From Camelus dromedarius (taxonomy: Eukaryota), in contig NC_087436.1 of the NCBI RefSeq assembly GCF_036321535.1, forward strand, positions 90,212,001-90,276,000: DNA of 64,000 nt. Direction: 5' to 3'. Both the position numbers and the translations under genes were made by a program. Under the pieces are notes generated by a model. It ran no database searches and had not been told where the DNA came from. It saw only the letters and a program-made list of their open reading frames with translations. Below are positions 52,200 to 64,000 of the stretch, piece after piece. Within the stretch, counting starts at the first letter, position 1. Each line of letters starts with the position of its first letter.

Positions 52200-52345
52200 A
52201 AAATAAATGGGGTGAAGGAATTATGTGTATCTTGATTATCATGGAGTATACAGAACTCGGGCACTTGTCAAAACTCATAGAAGTGCATATCTAAAAAGGA
52301 TGAATTCTACTGTGTGTAAATTAGACCTGGAGAAGACTAACTGAT
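52200..52345 (+). mobile_element. Old L1 3' end
   Basis: tatcttgatt...ttgtcaaaactcatagaagtgcatatctaaaaaggatgaattctactgtgtgtaaatta. Confidence 0.7.
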
Positions 52346-53915
52346 AAAAAGATTAAATATTTAACGAATTTTAAAAGCATTTCTAATTTAGCTGAAGGTC
52401 ATACTGCAAAAATGTTGTGGATTTGGGGATCCATGTTGGCCAGCCTGACTCCAGAGCTAAACCATTTTAAATGCAATACACACTTACTTTAATATAATAA
52501 AACACTACTTTAATGTGCTAATTTTCAAAATTCACGCATTAAGAATCAGAAACTTCCAGACTTCTAAGATATATACCATTGTAGCAGTGATGTCCTTTGA
52601 AACTCAAGTAAAAAAAGGCTCATATCTCACAGGTACAAGGACTCTGCTGGGGCTTTCTTAACTTTCAGCTGATTCCCCCACTTCACCGAAGACATGACAG
52701 CTCTTACAAGAAGCCAGTTTTAGAAGTCCTGTTTTGTTAAGAATTTTAAAAGTACAAAATTGTATTTGGATAATTATAATTCCACGTTAACTTATATTAG
52801 AGACAGTAACTGAGGTAATCAAAGAACAAACAATCATAGACTATAAGCACTTAATGAAATTCCAGGGACTATTGAGCTAATGCCTCTAATCAGCATTTAA
52901 AAAGATCAAAGTCCACAGTTATATGATTTGTTTGATGTTATGCTTAGTCGAGGAAAAATCAGAACTAAATTCCAAGTTCTCTAATTCAGGCCAGTACTCC
53001 CTCTTCACCCATATGTGATCATCTTTGTGCTGGGAATCATGCTATTCAGAGTACTTGAGAAGAGACTGGAATGGTATTTGTAAGTAAAGCATGAAGTTAA
53101 TTGATCTGAAGTGTTCTTATCTATATTTTTATACATTTAACTTAAGAGAAATATATCACATTTGAATTACGAGAAGTTTGGCAGAAGGATGTAGAATATT
53201 TTAAGAATTAGTATAAAGTCAGCTCTGATAAGGGAATTAGAAACTTAGAATCACGTTATGGAATATTGGGTAGATTACTCAACCTCATTTCTAGTGCATT
53301 AACATAGCATTGAACAGGGAGGAGAGATGAGATTTCCGTATTAAATTCATGTAAAAGGCAGAAGCACCCATTTATTGTCTTCTTCTGAGTGGAGAGACTA
53401 TTTCTTACTTATCAGCTGCTTATTTGTTTCAGTATCTTGAAGGATATTGTCAACAAATTAGAAGCTTAGATACATTTTATGGTAATTTACTAAGTATGCC
53501 ATCCACATTAAATCTTATTTTAGGAAAAACAACAATGTTTCATTTAACAATGTTGTTAAATGATGGTTTTCAAAATAAGTTTTGATATTAGTTATTATAG
53601 TCACACTAATTTCTTCTCTAGTATTGGAGTAGTAGTGAAAAGTGTATAGTTTTTAAAATTTTAGAAGATTTAGCTTTACATTAAAACAAAAGAATTAACT
53701 AATAGCATTGGGTAGGAAGGCAATTTATTTAAAGTTTATATGCACACCCCAATTACATTCTTACTGTTGGCTGTAACCTTAGTTTATGTTCTTTCATAAA
53801 TCACAGATTGGTGTTATTTTGAGAAAAGGTGCATTGTACAGTACAAAAATATTATTTATTTTCAATTTAAATTATTTTTCTGTAACAGCAAAAAGAAAAA
53901 CAAATGAATACTGCC

Positions 53916-54335
53916 TATTATGGGCTGAATTGTGTCCATCGAAAAGATACATTGAAATCCTAACCCCCAGTACTTCAGAATGTGATTTTATTTGGAAAAG
54001 AAATTACTGCAGATGTAACTAGTTAAAATAAAGTCATTTTGGAGTAGGATGGGCCCTTAATCCAACAGGACTCTAGTCCTTCTAAAAAGAGAAGAACCAT
54101 AGAAAGAGACACATGAGAAGAGAACACTAACTGACAATGGACCCAGAGCCTGAAGCATGGCACCTGCAAGCCAAGGAGTCAGTGATTGTTGGGAAACCAC
54201 AAGAGGCTAAGAAAAGGCAAGGGAGGATACTCCCCTACAGTTTTCAGAGGGAGTGCTGCCCTGCAAACACCTTGATATTGGACTGTGGCACCCTAAACTG
54301 TGAAATAATAAATTTCTGTTCTTTTAAGTCATCTA
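53916..54335 (+). mobile_element. MaLR LTR (MLT1B/C-like), 3' end missing
   Basis: tatgggctgaattgtgtcc...aatcctaacccccagtacttcagaatgtga...caagccaagga...aataaatttctgttcttttaag. Confidence 0.9.
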
Positions 54336-54364
54336 GAAAAAAGAAAATTTAGGAAAAATTTAGG

Positions 54365-56690
54365 TAAACTTTTACTCAAACTCTTTCATAAAACAGAGGA
54401 GGGATATTCTCTAATTCATTGTGAAGTCAGCATAAGTCTGATACTAAAAGATTGATACACGTATTACAAAAGTTAAATAGAGACCTATATAGCTACAGAA
54501 TTTAGATGCCGAATCCTCAACAAAATTTTATTCAAGTCCAACAACACATGAAACTGATATTATGACCCACTGAGTTTCATCCCAGGAAAAATAGTTGGTG
54601 AAAATTTTGAAAATTAAGCAATGTATTTCAGCATTTTAACAAAACAAGAGAGATAAGAACATATTATTATCTTAGAGGATGACAAATAATTCAACATGAA
54701 TTGAATATTCATGACAACATCACTGAGAAAATTAGAGTAAAATGTAACCTCCTCAAGTTTGTATAGAACATCTATTAAAGTATCAACTAGCATCATATGA
54801 AGGTTAAGATACTGAATATTATTATACTATGTTCATAAATTGGAAAACTAAATAGTTTTAAGATATAAATTCTCCACAAAGTCATCTATAAATTCTAAAG
54901 AAACATAGCAAGATATTTTAGGATAAATTGTTAGCTTGGTACTGAAAATTCGTATGAAAATCCAATGGACCTGAAAGAGCCAAAATGACCTTGAAAAGAG
55001 CAAAGTCAAAAGATTTACACAACTTAATTTCAAAACTATAAAGCTACAGATATCAAGACAGTGATATAATGGTAAAAGGAGATAAAGGTCAATGGAACAG
55101 AATAGTGTGCCTTGAAAGAGAATCACAGGTCTATGGAGAATTGATTTTCCAAAAAGCTGCTAAGGAAGTTCAGAGGAGAAAGGATACTCTTTCCAACAAA
55201 CAGTTATAAAAGAATCAGATGTCCATAACAATGGTAAAAGAATCTCAATCCCAACTTCATACCATACTCAAAAATTGACTCTAAATTGATCATAAATAAA
55301 CCCAAATATAAAAATGAAATTCAAAATACTTCTAGAAAAAAAACATGAGAAAATATTTTTAAAAATTGGGGTAGAAAAATAATTCTTATCACAAAAAACT
55401 ATCAAAACTAAATGATGAATTAGACTTTGTAAAAATTATTATTTTTTCTCTTTTCAATAGAATATAAATGTAAAGTACAAATGAGGAAATACTAAGAATG
55501 CAAGTACCAGACAGAGGACATACGTCTATAATATACAACAGACTCCTACAGATTATTAATAAAATGACAAACAACCCAGTAAATACCAGACTAATGACTT
55601 CTATAGACAGTTGACACAAGAAGATAAATCAATGGCCAATAAGATGAAAAAATGTTCAGAAGTTTCAAAGTTTCAGTTATGCAAGATTAAAAAATCCTAG
55701 AGGTTTATTTCACACCTTATGTCATATAGTTAGTAATATTGTACTGTACACTTAAAATTTTGCTAGGAGGGTAGAACTTAAGTGTTCCTATTGCTAATAA
55801 TAATATTAATATTGATAATAATAAAGAAGATAAAAGGTGATGAATATGTTTATGGCATAGGTTGTGGTAATAGTTTCACAGATGTATACCTATCTCCAAA
55901 TTCATCAAGTTGTGTACATGAAATATACACAGCTTTTTGAATGTCAATCACACCTTAATAAAATGGTTTTAAAAACCATTAGAGATAAGAAAAATGAAAT
56001 TAAAACATAGTGCAATCTGTTTCACACAGATTAAAATTGCTAAAACAAAAATAATTGGCAAGGAAATGGAACAATTTGGTCTGTCCTATATCGCTGATGG
56101 GGGTGTGAAATGATACAACTACTTTGAAACCCAGTTTGAAAGTTTATTATAAAGTTAATCAAGCAGTAATCATATAAACTCAGCCATTTCACTGCCAAGT
56201 ATATACTTAAGAGACTTATAAACATATGTCTACAAAAACTCTAGTACCTGAATATTTATAACAATTTTATTCACAATATTCTAAAGCTGGAAACAATTCA
56301 AATTTCATTTATTGTGTGAATAAATACATGTGGCTAATTCACACAAAAGAATACTGCTCAGTAATAAGAAAGAATGTGCACAAGAATGAATCTCACCTTC
56401 ATTATGCTGATTGAAAGGAGACAGACTCAAAAGAGGGCATACTGTATGGTTCCGTTTATATGAATATTTAGAACTGCTTAATCTATAATGATAGAAATCA
56501 GATTAATAGTTACTAAGAGCAGAGGGCTGAGTAAGACTGTCTGCAGAGAGTCATGAGGTAACTTTGTTTTTATCTCGACTGAGGTAATCATGATACCAGT
56601 GTATACATTTGACAAACTTTCCAGCAAAAGTTATATAACTTATTTATCTTAACTTATATTTATCTCAATAAAATTGATTATAAGAAAAAA
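54365..56690 (+). mobile_element. Old L1 (ORF2 RT-to-C-terminus fragments and 3'UTR)
   Basis: aatcctcaacaaaat, caaaactataaagctacag, aggtcaatggaacagaatag, agacagactcaaaagagggcatactgtatggttcc, terminal tatctcaataaaattga. Confidence 0.88.
55660..55975 (+). mobile_element. L1 3'UTR (L1MA/L1MB-like) nested in the older L1
   Basis: aaagtttcagttatgcaagat...attgtactgtacacttaaaatttt...ggtgatgaatatgtttat...tgtcaatcacaccttaataaa. Host L1 ORF2 sequence resumes on both sides. Confidence 0.8.
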
Positions 56691-56973
56691 AGGACTATAA
56701 AATACATTTTATAGTCCTTTTCTTTCTATGCAAGAAATTAAAGTGAAATTTTGCCTTGAATGGAAAATAACAAGTACATTTTAGGACTTATTTTTTATTT
56801 TATACATTTTAAATTATTGTTATAATGTAGTCATACATGTTAAATTCTCATAGTCTTCCCCTAGTCATTAGACTCTCTTTTTTTAATGAAACAGAAAAAC
56901 CTGAATGCAATACATTTCCCCTGTACCTTTTTTTTTGAAAGGCAATGATCAAATGTATTGTTCTTCATTCTCT

Positions 56974-57075
56974 TTTTTTAATTTATTATTTTTATTGACG
57001 TACAGTCAGTTACAATATGTCAATTTCTGATGTGCAGCATAATGCCCCAGTCATGTATATATATACACATATATT
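56974..57075 (-). mobile_element. Short young L1 3' tip
   Basis: ttttattgacgtacagtcagttacaatatgtcaatttctgatgtgcagcataatg. Confidence 0.8.
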
Positions 57076-57435
57076 TTTTGAAAGATAGCTAGCCTGGGAG
57101 AATGAGTTGAACAATTGCGCGTCTTTTCATATGTTTGGAAGAGTTGATATAAGATGGTGATGAGTTTGCCCTGACCATTTGGTAGAACTGGTCTCCAAAA
57201 ACTACCTGTCCTGGAACATTTGATGGTGACTTGAGCTTGTTCTTCATTTTCTTCAAGCTAAGCACTAGAAACCCCTAAGTAGCTTTCCTCAGTCAGTACA
57301 AAGCTGCTGCAAAGCGTTCCCTCTTAACACTGGTCCTAGAAACAAGAAGCCACAGACCAATGAACAGCTTAGCCAGAGAACATCAGTAAGAAACAATAAT
57401 GAGAGAAGGAATAATTCCCATGACAAACATTTAAA

Positions 57436-57470
57436 AGAGAGAGAGAGAGGGAGAGAAAGAGAGAGAGAAA
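57436..57470. repeat. (GA)n microsatellite
   Basis: Directly visible. Confidence 0.9.
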
Positions 57471-57694
57471 ACATTTTGGATCAAATAGCTAGCTTCAAGT
57501 GTTTGAAGAGCCGACATGAAAACGTAGGTCTAGAAGGCAAGACACATGGTAAGATCCCATTCAAAACATGGAAGCCCTTCCTAACAGAGATGTTAAAATA
57601 TATATAGTTTTCAGTTAATGGCCTTTGCATTACCAAAAATGTCTAAGTATTTACAAGCGGCATTAAAGAAAACCCGTCTAACCTAATAGAAATG

Positions 57695-57852
57695 CAATGG
57701 ACTTTGAATTCAAATGGTACTGAATTCAGAGGATCAGTGACTACCACCCAGGTCGTCCTGGAGGAGTCATTTACTTCTCTGAGCCTCATACTCTTATATA
57801 TAAAATTAGATAATATTATATTGGATTTTGGAAGATTATACATGTGAATCAT
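57695..57852 (+). mobile_element. MIR
   Basis: atggactttgaattca...agtcatttacttctctgagcctca...tataaaat. Confidence 0.65.
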
Positions 57853-58030
57853 TTGGGTTCTGTTATTATACTTTATAACAACATGTAGGTGGAGATTTTG
57901 GCCAAATTAGCTCAAAGTTTCTCTCCCATTCCAAGATCCTATGATTTCAGATATGCTGAGAGATCAGTCAAAATACATAATACTGATAAAGCACAGTTGT
58001 TTCTCTACATTATAATGATTATTTTATTCC

Positions 58031-58120
58031 TGTATTAGAGTTCTCTATAGAAACAGAACTAACAGGACATGTGTGTTTAAAGAGAGAGAGAGAGAGACCG
58101 AGAGACAGAGACAGAGAGAG
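58031..58120 (-). mobile_element. MLT2 LTR terminal fragment with its (GA)n tract
   Basis: tgtattagagttctctatagaaacagaactaacagga followed by (GA)n. Confidence 0.65.
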
Positions 58121-60204
58121 AAAGAACATGAAGGAAGACAAATGATGAGTAAATTATGAGCAGAAGTCTCCAGTGGGAGAAGTGGAAGCTCGGTGTGCAC
58201 TCAGTGACACAATGACCATGTCACTGTCAGCTAAGCACGAGAGGACAAGACAATCAGACTTCACAAAGAAGAGCAACATGGAGAAGAACAGCTGCCAAAT
58301 GTTCGACTGATTAAAGCTTTTGGCTGCTTGCAAATGCAGGAGAGGAGAGCACACAATGGCTTTTCTACCAAGCTTCATTTATTATAGAGTTTGATGAAGA
58401 TGCCCCTTGTGCTTGAGTCATAAGGATACAAGGTAAGCTATTACATACACAACTGGGCTCTATTTATTTCTAAAAGGTTTAAAAAATGTTTTAAAGTTCA
58501 AATTGAAAAAGGATACGTACTTAAGTATAAAATTAGAGAAACACAGATGAACTTTATTCACTGAATGCAGGTATCGTTTTGTCTTCGCTGAGCCGGCCAG
58601 GCATTGTGCTGCATGAATATGACACAGCTTCTGACTTGGAAGGTTCACAGTGCAAGCATGATGGTAGATACATAAAACACTGTATAGCAGGTAATACTTA
58701 GTCATATTAATCATTGAACTTTTCTTCCTCATTTTTCAGCCATTTGGCTGTTCTCCAGTTATTCACAGTTATCCATTATTCCTTGAGGAAAATTAACATT
58801 TTGATAGGGGATTCTAAAAAGGACAAGGACAATATTCAGTTTTAATTTGTTTGTATTTTACTTCCAGTATGAGCTCTTCAGGACAGTAAAGGAACGTCCA
58901 AGTGAATCAGGGCTATGACAAGAATGCATACAGTTCTAGACTTCCTAGAAAATAAATATGCAACATCTGGGCTGAAAGACAGGGGGCAAAATGGGACAAA
59001 ACTCAAGAAGTGAACTGGAGAGGCTGGAGATACAGAGTCTTGAGGGAACAGAGGACTAAGTTGTCTGGGACCAGAGTCAAGAAGTCTTGTTGAAGTTGCA
59101 TTAACATCCATACACCATTTACATGAACACTGCGCTTGTACATAAGGTAAGGCAACTCTTACTCTATAGAATGAGCAAAAAAAGCAACTCTGAAAGTAAT
59201 GCCAGTCTAGTTGAACTCTTCCATTCAGTCAATCTTTCCAACCAAACTTCCAGGAAACTAGTAAACTACTACAGAATTCTCTGACACTCACAGAGCGAGT
59301 GGAGGATAAGAACATCTGTGTAACCCAACGAGTGTACCTGGGTGAGACTGGACAGTTGTTAAAACATATCTAGTTATAATTGTAATTATACAAAATATTT
59401 ATGTGTTAAAATAAGGTTATGGACCAAAGACTGAAACAGGAATTTTAAAAAGGCAAACAATGCTAAGAGAAGTAGAAAAGCTTCATTAGAGAAGTTGAAA
59501 CAACATGTAATCTTACCAAATGGATAGTGTTTGTTGGGAAAAAAAGTCAGCAAGGGATGTGTGAAGAGTCAGAACATTCTGAAAGAACAACATGGAAAAG
59601 TGAATGTTGTGTTCAGAGAAGAGTAAATGTCAAGGCTCGATGTGTTTGTGGGTATTATGGAACCATTTGCGGTGCCTCTGTCCCACTACCCCAAGTTACT
59701 TGATGCTACAGAATGCTTTGAATAGAATAAAGCAGAATAGCTGAATAAATTACAGATCGGTAAAGAGAGACTAAAGAACTGGGAGAAGTTATCAGAGAAA
59801 AGCTTTTTAGTATTCCTCACCACACTGAAGAGGAATGAAGAGAATCATCACAGAAAGAGATGTTAAGCTGGCATTATTATCTTTAAGGCTGCATAGTTCA
59901 TTTGTAACCAGTTACAAGAAAAATAAAATACAGATAATTTTGACTAGTCAGCCACCCATTTTAAGTACCAATATTTAAAGACAGAAGAACTGATAAGATT
60001 CAAATGAGGTTGACAAGGTTCAGTGTGTCATAAATCTCAATTCAGTACCACATGCATGAGTTATTCACACCAAATCTTCATAGGAAAGCCCAGAGAAAAT
60101 AACCAGAACAGGACATGCCTGGCATAATTAGCATGAAGATTCTGAAAATCACAAAAATCGAGAATGATGAGATGTTTAACCCCAGATTTAAACAGTGATG
60201 GATT

Positions 60205-60385
60205 GATAATAGCAAAGATAGCTGATAAACATACAGGTCACACAGTACATAGGAGCTACTATTCTAAATGCTTTCACATTTAAATTAATTAGTCATCTAA
60301 ACTAACCCAAGAGCTAAATATCATTATCATCTCCACTTCACAGATGAGGAAACTGAGTTAATGACAAATTAAATAACTTGTTCAA
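60205..60385 (-). mobile_element. MIR
   Basis: ttctaaatgctttcaca...attatcatctccacttcacagatgaggaaactgag...ttaaataacttg. Confidence 0.85.
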
Positions 60386-60544
60386 TAAAACAAACAAAAA
60401 CAATAAAAGTTGAGGAAAAATTTTGTTCTATCACACAGTCAACAAGTACTTGATTTCACATTTGTTGTTAGGTAGACTTCTGTTAGATTTTGTGTTCTTA
60501 GCCAAATACCATACTGTATCTTTAAACTAATGAATTAATATATT

Positions 60545-60665
60545 TCTATTTTTATTGAAGCATAGTTAGTTACAATATGTCAATTTCTGGTGTATCGCAT
60601 AGTGTTTCAGTCATACATATACATACATATATTCATTTTCATATTGTTTTTCATTATAGGTTACA
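60545..60665 (-). mobile_element. Short young L1 3' tip
   Basis: ttttattgaagcatagttagttacaatatgtcaatttctggtgta...ttcattataggttac. Confidence 0.85.
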
Positions 60666-61963
60666 TTATTCTCAAAGAATGATAAATGTCGACATTTTTA
60701 TTTATTTATACATCTTTTAAAATGATATTATATTGTAAAAACAGAATATGTATGCTAATTATTGAACTTTTTAAAAATCCCTTATTTTGGTTTTAAATTA
60801 ACTGCCCAGATTTTAAATTATTGGTTTAAGTAATACATATCTACAGAAAATACATTTTTAAAGGCCTAAATAATTTAAACTAACATTTAGGGCACTGACC
60901 TCAAATTGTATTCTCTAGAAATAATTCTCAAAAACAAGTGTGTTTTGCTTTTTCTAACCTAAAGTGTGGCCTAGATATACAAATTATTTATCTCTCCTTT
61001 AATTTTTAAAAAGTAGAACATGATGAGAGATCACTTATAGTTTTATTGGTGTATAAAAACTCAAAGCAATTTAAACCTCCTCAACGTGCTTCATTCAGTT
61101 TTTATTTCTACCAAACTTGACAAAATATGACTAAAATAACCTTGACTCAGAAAGTGTCATTGAATTTGGCAGTTGGCCTGACATGGAATCTGAATTTTTT
61201 TCACTTCATGGAATTGAAATTCTATGTATCTAATTGCTTTATTATTTTTTATAGCTTCATTAAAATAGTGACTTAATATTTTTTAAAAATAATCTGAATT
61301 TTAATATTTTGTTACAGAGTTGAAAGTAGTACATTTCGGAAAAAAATATACATAATATGTAGGAGAAAAAGTCACCCTCAAACTTACATTCAGGGTGCTA
61401 TATTTGACGTTTTAGTATGTCCATATTATATTTCTGCATATATCTATATAAATGTATATGAATATGGATGTATTTATACATATTTCTCTCTATATATACC
61501 TATGAATATATATGTGAATGAGATCAAACTACATGAAGTATTTGTTATGAGATTTTTTGCCAATAAATACATGCTTCTCCTTATCAATGTAACCAAATAG
61601 TTCAAAGTATATAGAACAAAACTTAATCTCCTTCCATTACATTATTGCATTAGTTCAATGAAGTATTCAGTGAGTTTCTGCTATAGGTTACACAAGATTA
61701 CAGATTGGAAAACAAATAGTCTCTGTCCACAAGGATACACTGTCTCTTTTAAGAAAAGAAGAAAGAATATGGGGATTATTTTTCAGACGGCAATGTTAAG
61801 AAAGAACAATGCATGAGAGAAAAAGGAAATGGTTATTTGATGTAGGTGTTGAAAAATACATATAATTCGATAAATGAAATTCAATTGCTGGAATAAACAC
61901 ATGCAATCAGATAGTGATTATTAGTTTAAATAACAGTGATATATAAGATACTGCATCTCAGCT

Positions 61964-62335
61964 TGTGCTAATCTACTTAGGCTGCTATAACAAAACACCT
62001 GACTGGGTGGCTTAAACAAGACATTTACTTCTCAGAGTTCTGGACACTAAGATCAATATCTTGAAGTCCAAGATCAAGGTGCCAGCAGATTGGACCTGGT
62101 AAAGGCCCTCTTTGCAGTTTGTAGACAGCCACCTTCTCTCTGTGTCTTCAATGGGAAAGAGAGTGCAGTCTTTCTCTCTTCTCATAAAGCCACTAATGCC
62201 ATCATGAGGACTCTACCCTTGTGACCTCATCTGACCTTAATTATTTCTCAAAGGTCCCATCTCTAAATACAGTTACATTGCGAGTTAGGGTTTCAATATA
62301 TGAATTTTATCAGGGGCCCAATTCAGTCCATAGCA
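61964..62335 (-). mobile_element. MaLR solo LTR (MLT1A0-like), full length
   Basis: TG...gctgctataacaaaa...gactgggtggcttaaacaa...aagtccaagatcaaggtgccagcag...ttcagtccatagCA. Confidence 0.92.
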
Positions 62336-62524
62336 TGGCTATCAACAAAAACACCAGAAATGGAGTATGCATATGATTTTCTTCAGAAAATGAAGAAATG
62401 GGAAAGATAGCTCTTGTTGCAATAAGTCTGTGCATCATAATGTTCTGGTGAGGGTTAAATCAAACCAGACAAAAACTATAAAGTTCTTAACACAAGCCTA
62501 GCTATCAAAATGGTTTGATCTTTG

Positions 62525-62745
62525 TATTATTAGCTGCCAAGCAGTAAGCCAAGCATTTTTGGTACATTATCCAGATTTTTTCATATAACTGCAAAGTGAG
62601 AGTAATCCTTCTTTCACAGTGAGGAGACAGACTCAGAGAAGCAAATACCTCTCCAAAATCATGTAGCTTTTCAAGGCTGGAGTTAAGATTAGCACCGCTG
62701 TTTGATCCCAAAGCCCAGTTTTATGTATTAAACCAAGATACCACT
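62525..62745 (-). mobile_element. MIR
   Basis: ttcacagtgaggagacagactcagagaag...tttgatcccaaagccc. Confidence 0.7.
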
Positions 62746-63334
62746 TCTTTCTGCAGTTATTGGTGATTTATATTTGCAGTCATATACCCAAAATTTTACA
62801 GTTTTAAAAATTATTGGGAAGAGGGAGTATAATGGAATACAGCAGAAGATGTGCCACTTTCAAAAAGTGATGATTTATGGTGTACATCAATGTGTTGTAC
62901 AAATTGATTATTATGTGGTTACAGCAGGATGTGGGAATGGAAATACAGAACTCTGTGATTTTGAAAGTAATTGATATCTTATAGGGTATACAATATTATT
63001 TGGTATCAGAAAAACAAATTGTCAGATTTAATAAGCAAGAAAAGTGACCCACTTCCCTAGAAAATACGACATGTCTATAAAAATGTAGAGGAATGTTGAA
63101 GCTGATGATCAAGTGTAGCAGAAAAGTGGGTAAAAGCTTACAGGATGAAGGCAGTTGAGTGGGTGATAATTAAGGAAACAAAAGCTGTAAGGAATACTTG
63201 AACCTAGGTTAGTTTTTATTATTTCCTGTGTGCTTAAAAAATTATAAGATAAATGATATATTCTGACTGAGTTAGGTCTTATGGAAAATTTTTTAAGGAT
63301 CTAAGAATGAGGAAAGTTTTATTTCCACTATAGA

Positions 63335-63560
63335 AGGTAATAGTGTGGTCAAGGAAACAGACTTTGGAGTCAAACATCATATTGGTTGTATAATATTGTT
63401 AAGTTTTCTTAATCATTCTTTGTTTTTAGGTTTTTTTTTTTAAATAAAGTGAGGATAATAGCATTTACTTCTAAGGTCTGTTTTATTGCTTAAATAAGAT
63501 AAAAATGTGTACAGGGCTTTGTACATATTTACTGCCACATGAAACATAGTTTTTATTATT
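63335..63560 (+). mobile_element. MIR
   Basis: tagtgtggtcaaggaaacagactttggagtcaaaca...taaagtgaggataatagca...ttaaataagata. Confidence 0.75.
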
Positions 63561-63779
63561 TATGCTTCTTAATCTGCTTCATTATGTCAGTGGCCTCCTT
63601 GACTCTTTCAACAAACAGTTGAGAAATATATTGCATCATGGTTGAGAGAGACTTAATCAAATCCATTCTTATTCTTGGTCACAAAGCTAAACTCCTGCAT
63701 GGGCTGAAACTCACCAAGCAAGATCCTTTAACATTTTGGGGGAAACAGCCCCCTTTGAGAATCTAATGAAAGCTTCACC

Positions 63780-64000
63780 TGTTGAGCTTGCCAGGTGTGG
63801 AGGTGGTCAGTTAGAACAATGAACTAAATTGAAAGTTGTGATCAAGCCTTTATTCATTTGCTGGGACAGTGTAAGCAAGAGGCCAAAAAGAAAGGCACCA
63901 GCTCCGCAGGGTTTCACTTCCCCCCACAAAATGGTTATGGGAGAGGATCAGCGGCGGCTGGAGTAATCTTCTCACTGCTGAGAAGCACTGAACAAAGATG
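63780..64000 (-). mobile_element. Probable LTR fragment running off the window end
   Basis: Starts TG, has a minus-strand AATAAA (ctttattc) about 70 bp in, and is GC-richer than its flank. Family not identified. Confidence 0.35.

Noticed and set aside
56927..57084. TTTTTTGAAAG repeats as the TSD of the L1 tip with a transduced spacer
   Set aside because: The repeat is low complexity and its orientation does not fit an L1 endonuclease site for a minus-strand insert.
1..64000. A novel multi-gene system, CRISPR array or prokaryotic operon
   Set aside because: The DNA is mammalian and repeat-rich. There are no long ORFs (maximum 128 aa) and no regularly spaced repeat-spacer array.

Overview
This is AT-rich, repeat-dense mammalian (eutherian) DNA from an intergenic region or a very large intron. 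It is most likely camelid: the only young SINE is a tRNA-Ala(AGC)-derived, Vic-1-like element, and I see no Alu, B1, Bov-tA/BovB, PRE1 or Can-SINE. I find no credible protein-coding gene. The ORF track is explained by decayed L1 ORF1/ORF2, decayed ERVL gag-pro-pol, microsatellites and chance ORFs. The window holds several L1s (an ~5 kb minus-strand copy, an internally deleted plus-strand copy, a twin-primed 5'-inverted copy, an isolated CpG-rich 5'UTR and several 3' tips), L2, MIR, MaLR/ERVL/ERV1 LTRs, two ERVL internal remnants, hAT MITEs (MER20, MER33), three tRNA-Ala SINEs and a tailless U2 snRNA retropseudogene. I see no evidence for a new multi-gene biological system. The most interesting signals are retrotransposition and deletion junctions, several perfect hairpins, and unverified plus-strand splice-signal pairs (a 4-nt microexon-like site, a 43-nt exon-like site and a recursive-splice-like site). 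Repeat names come from recalled consensus motifs, not a database search, and boundaries of old elements are approximate.
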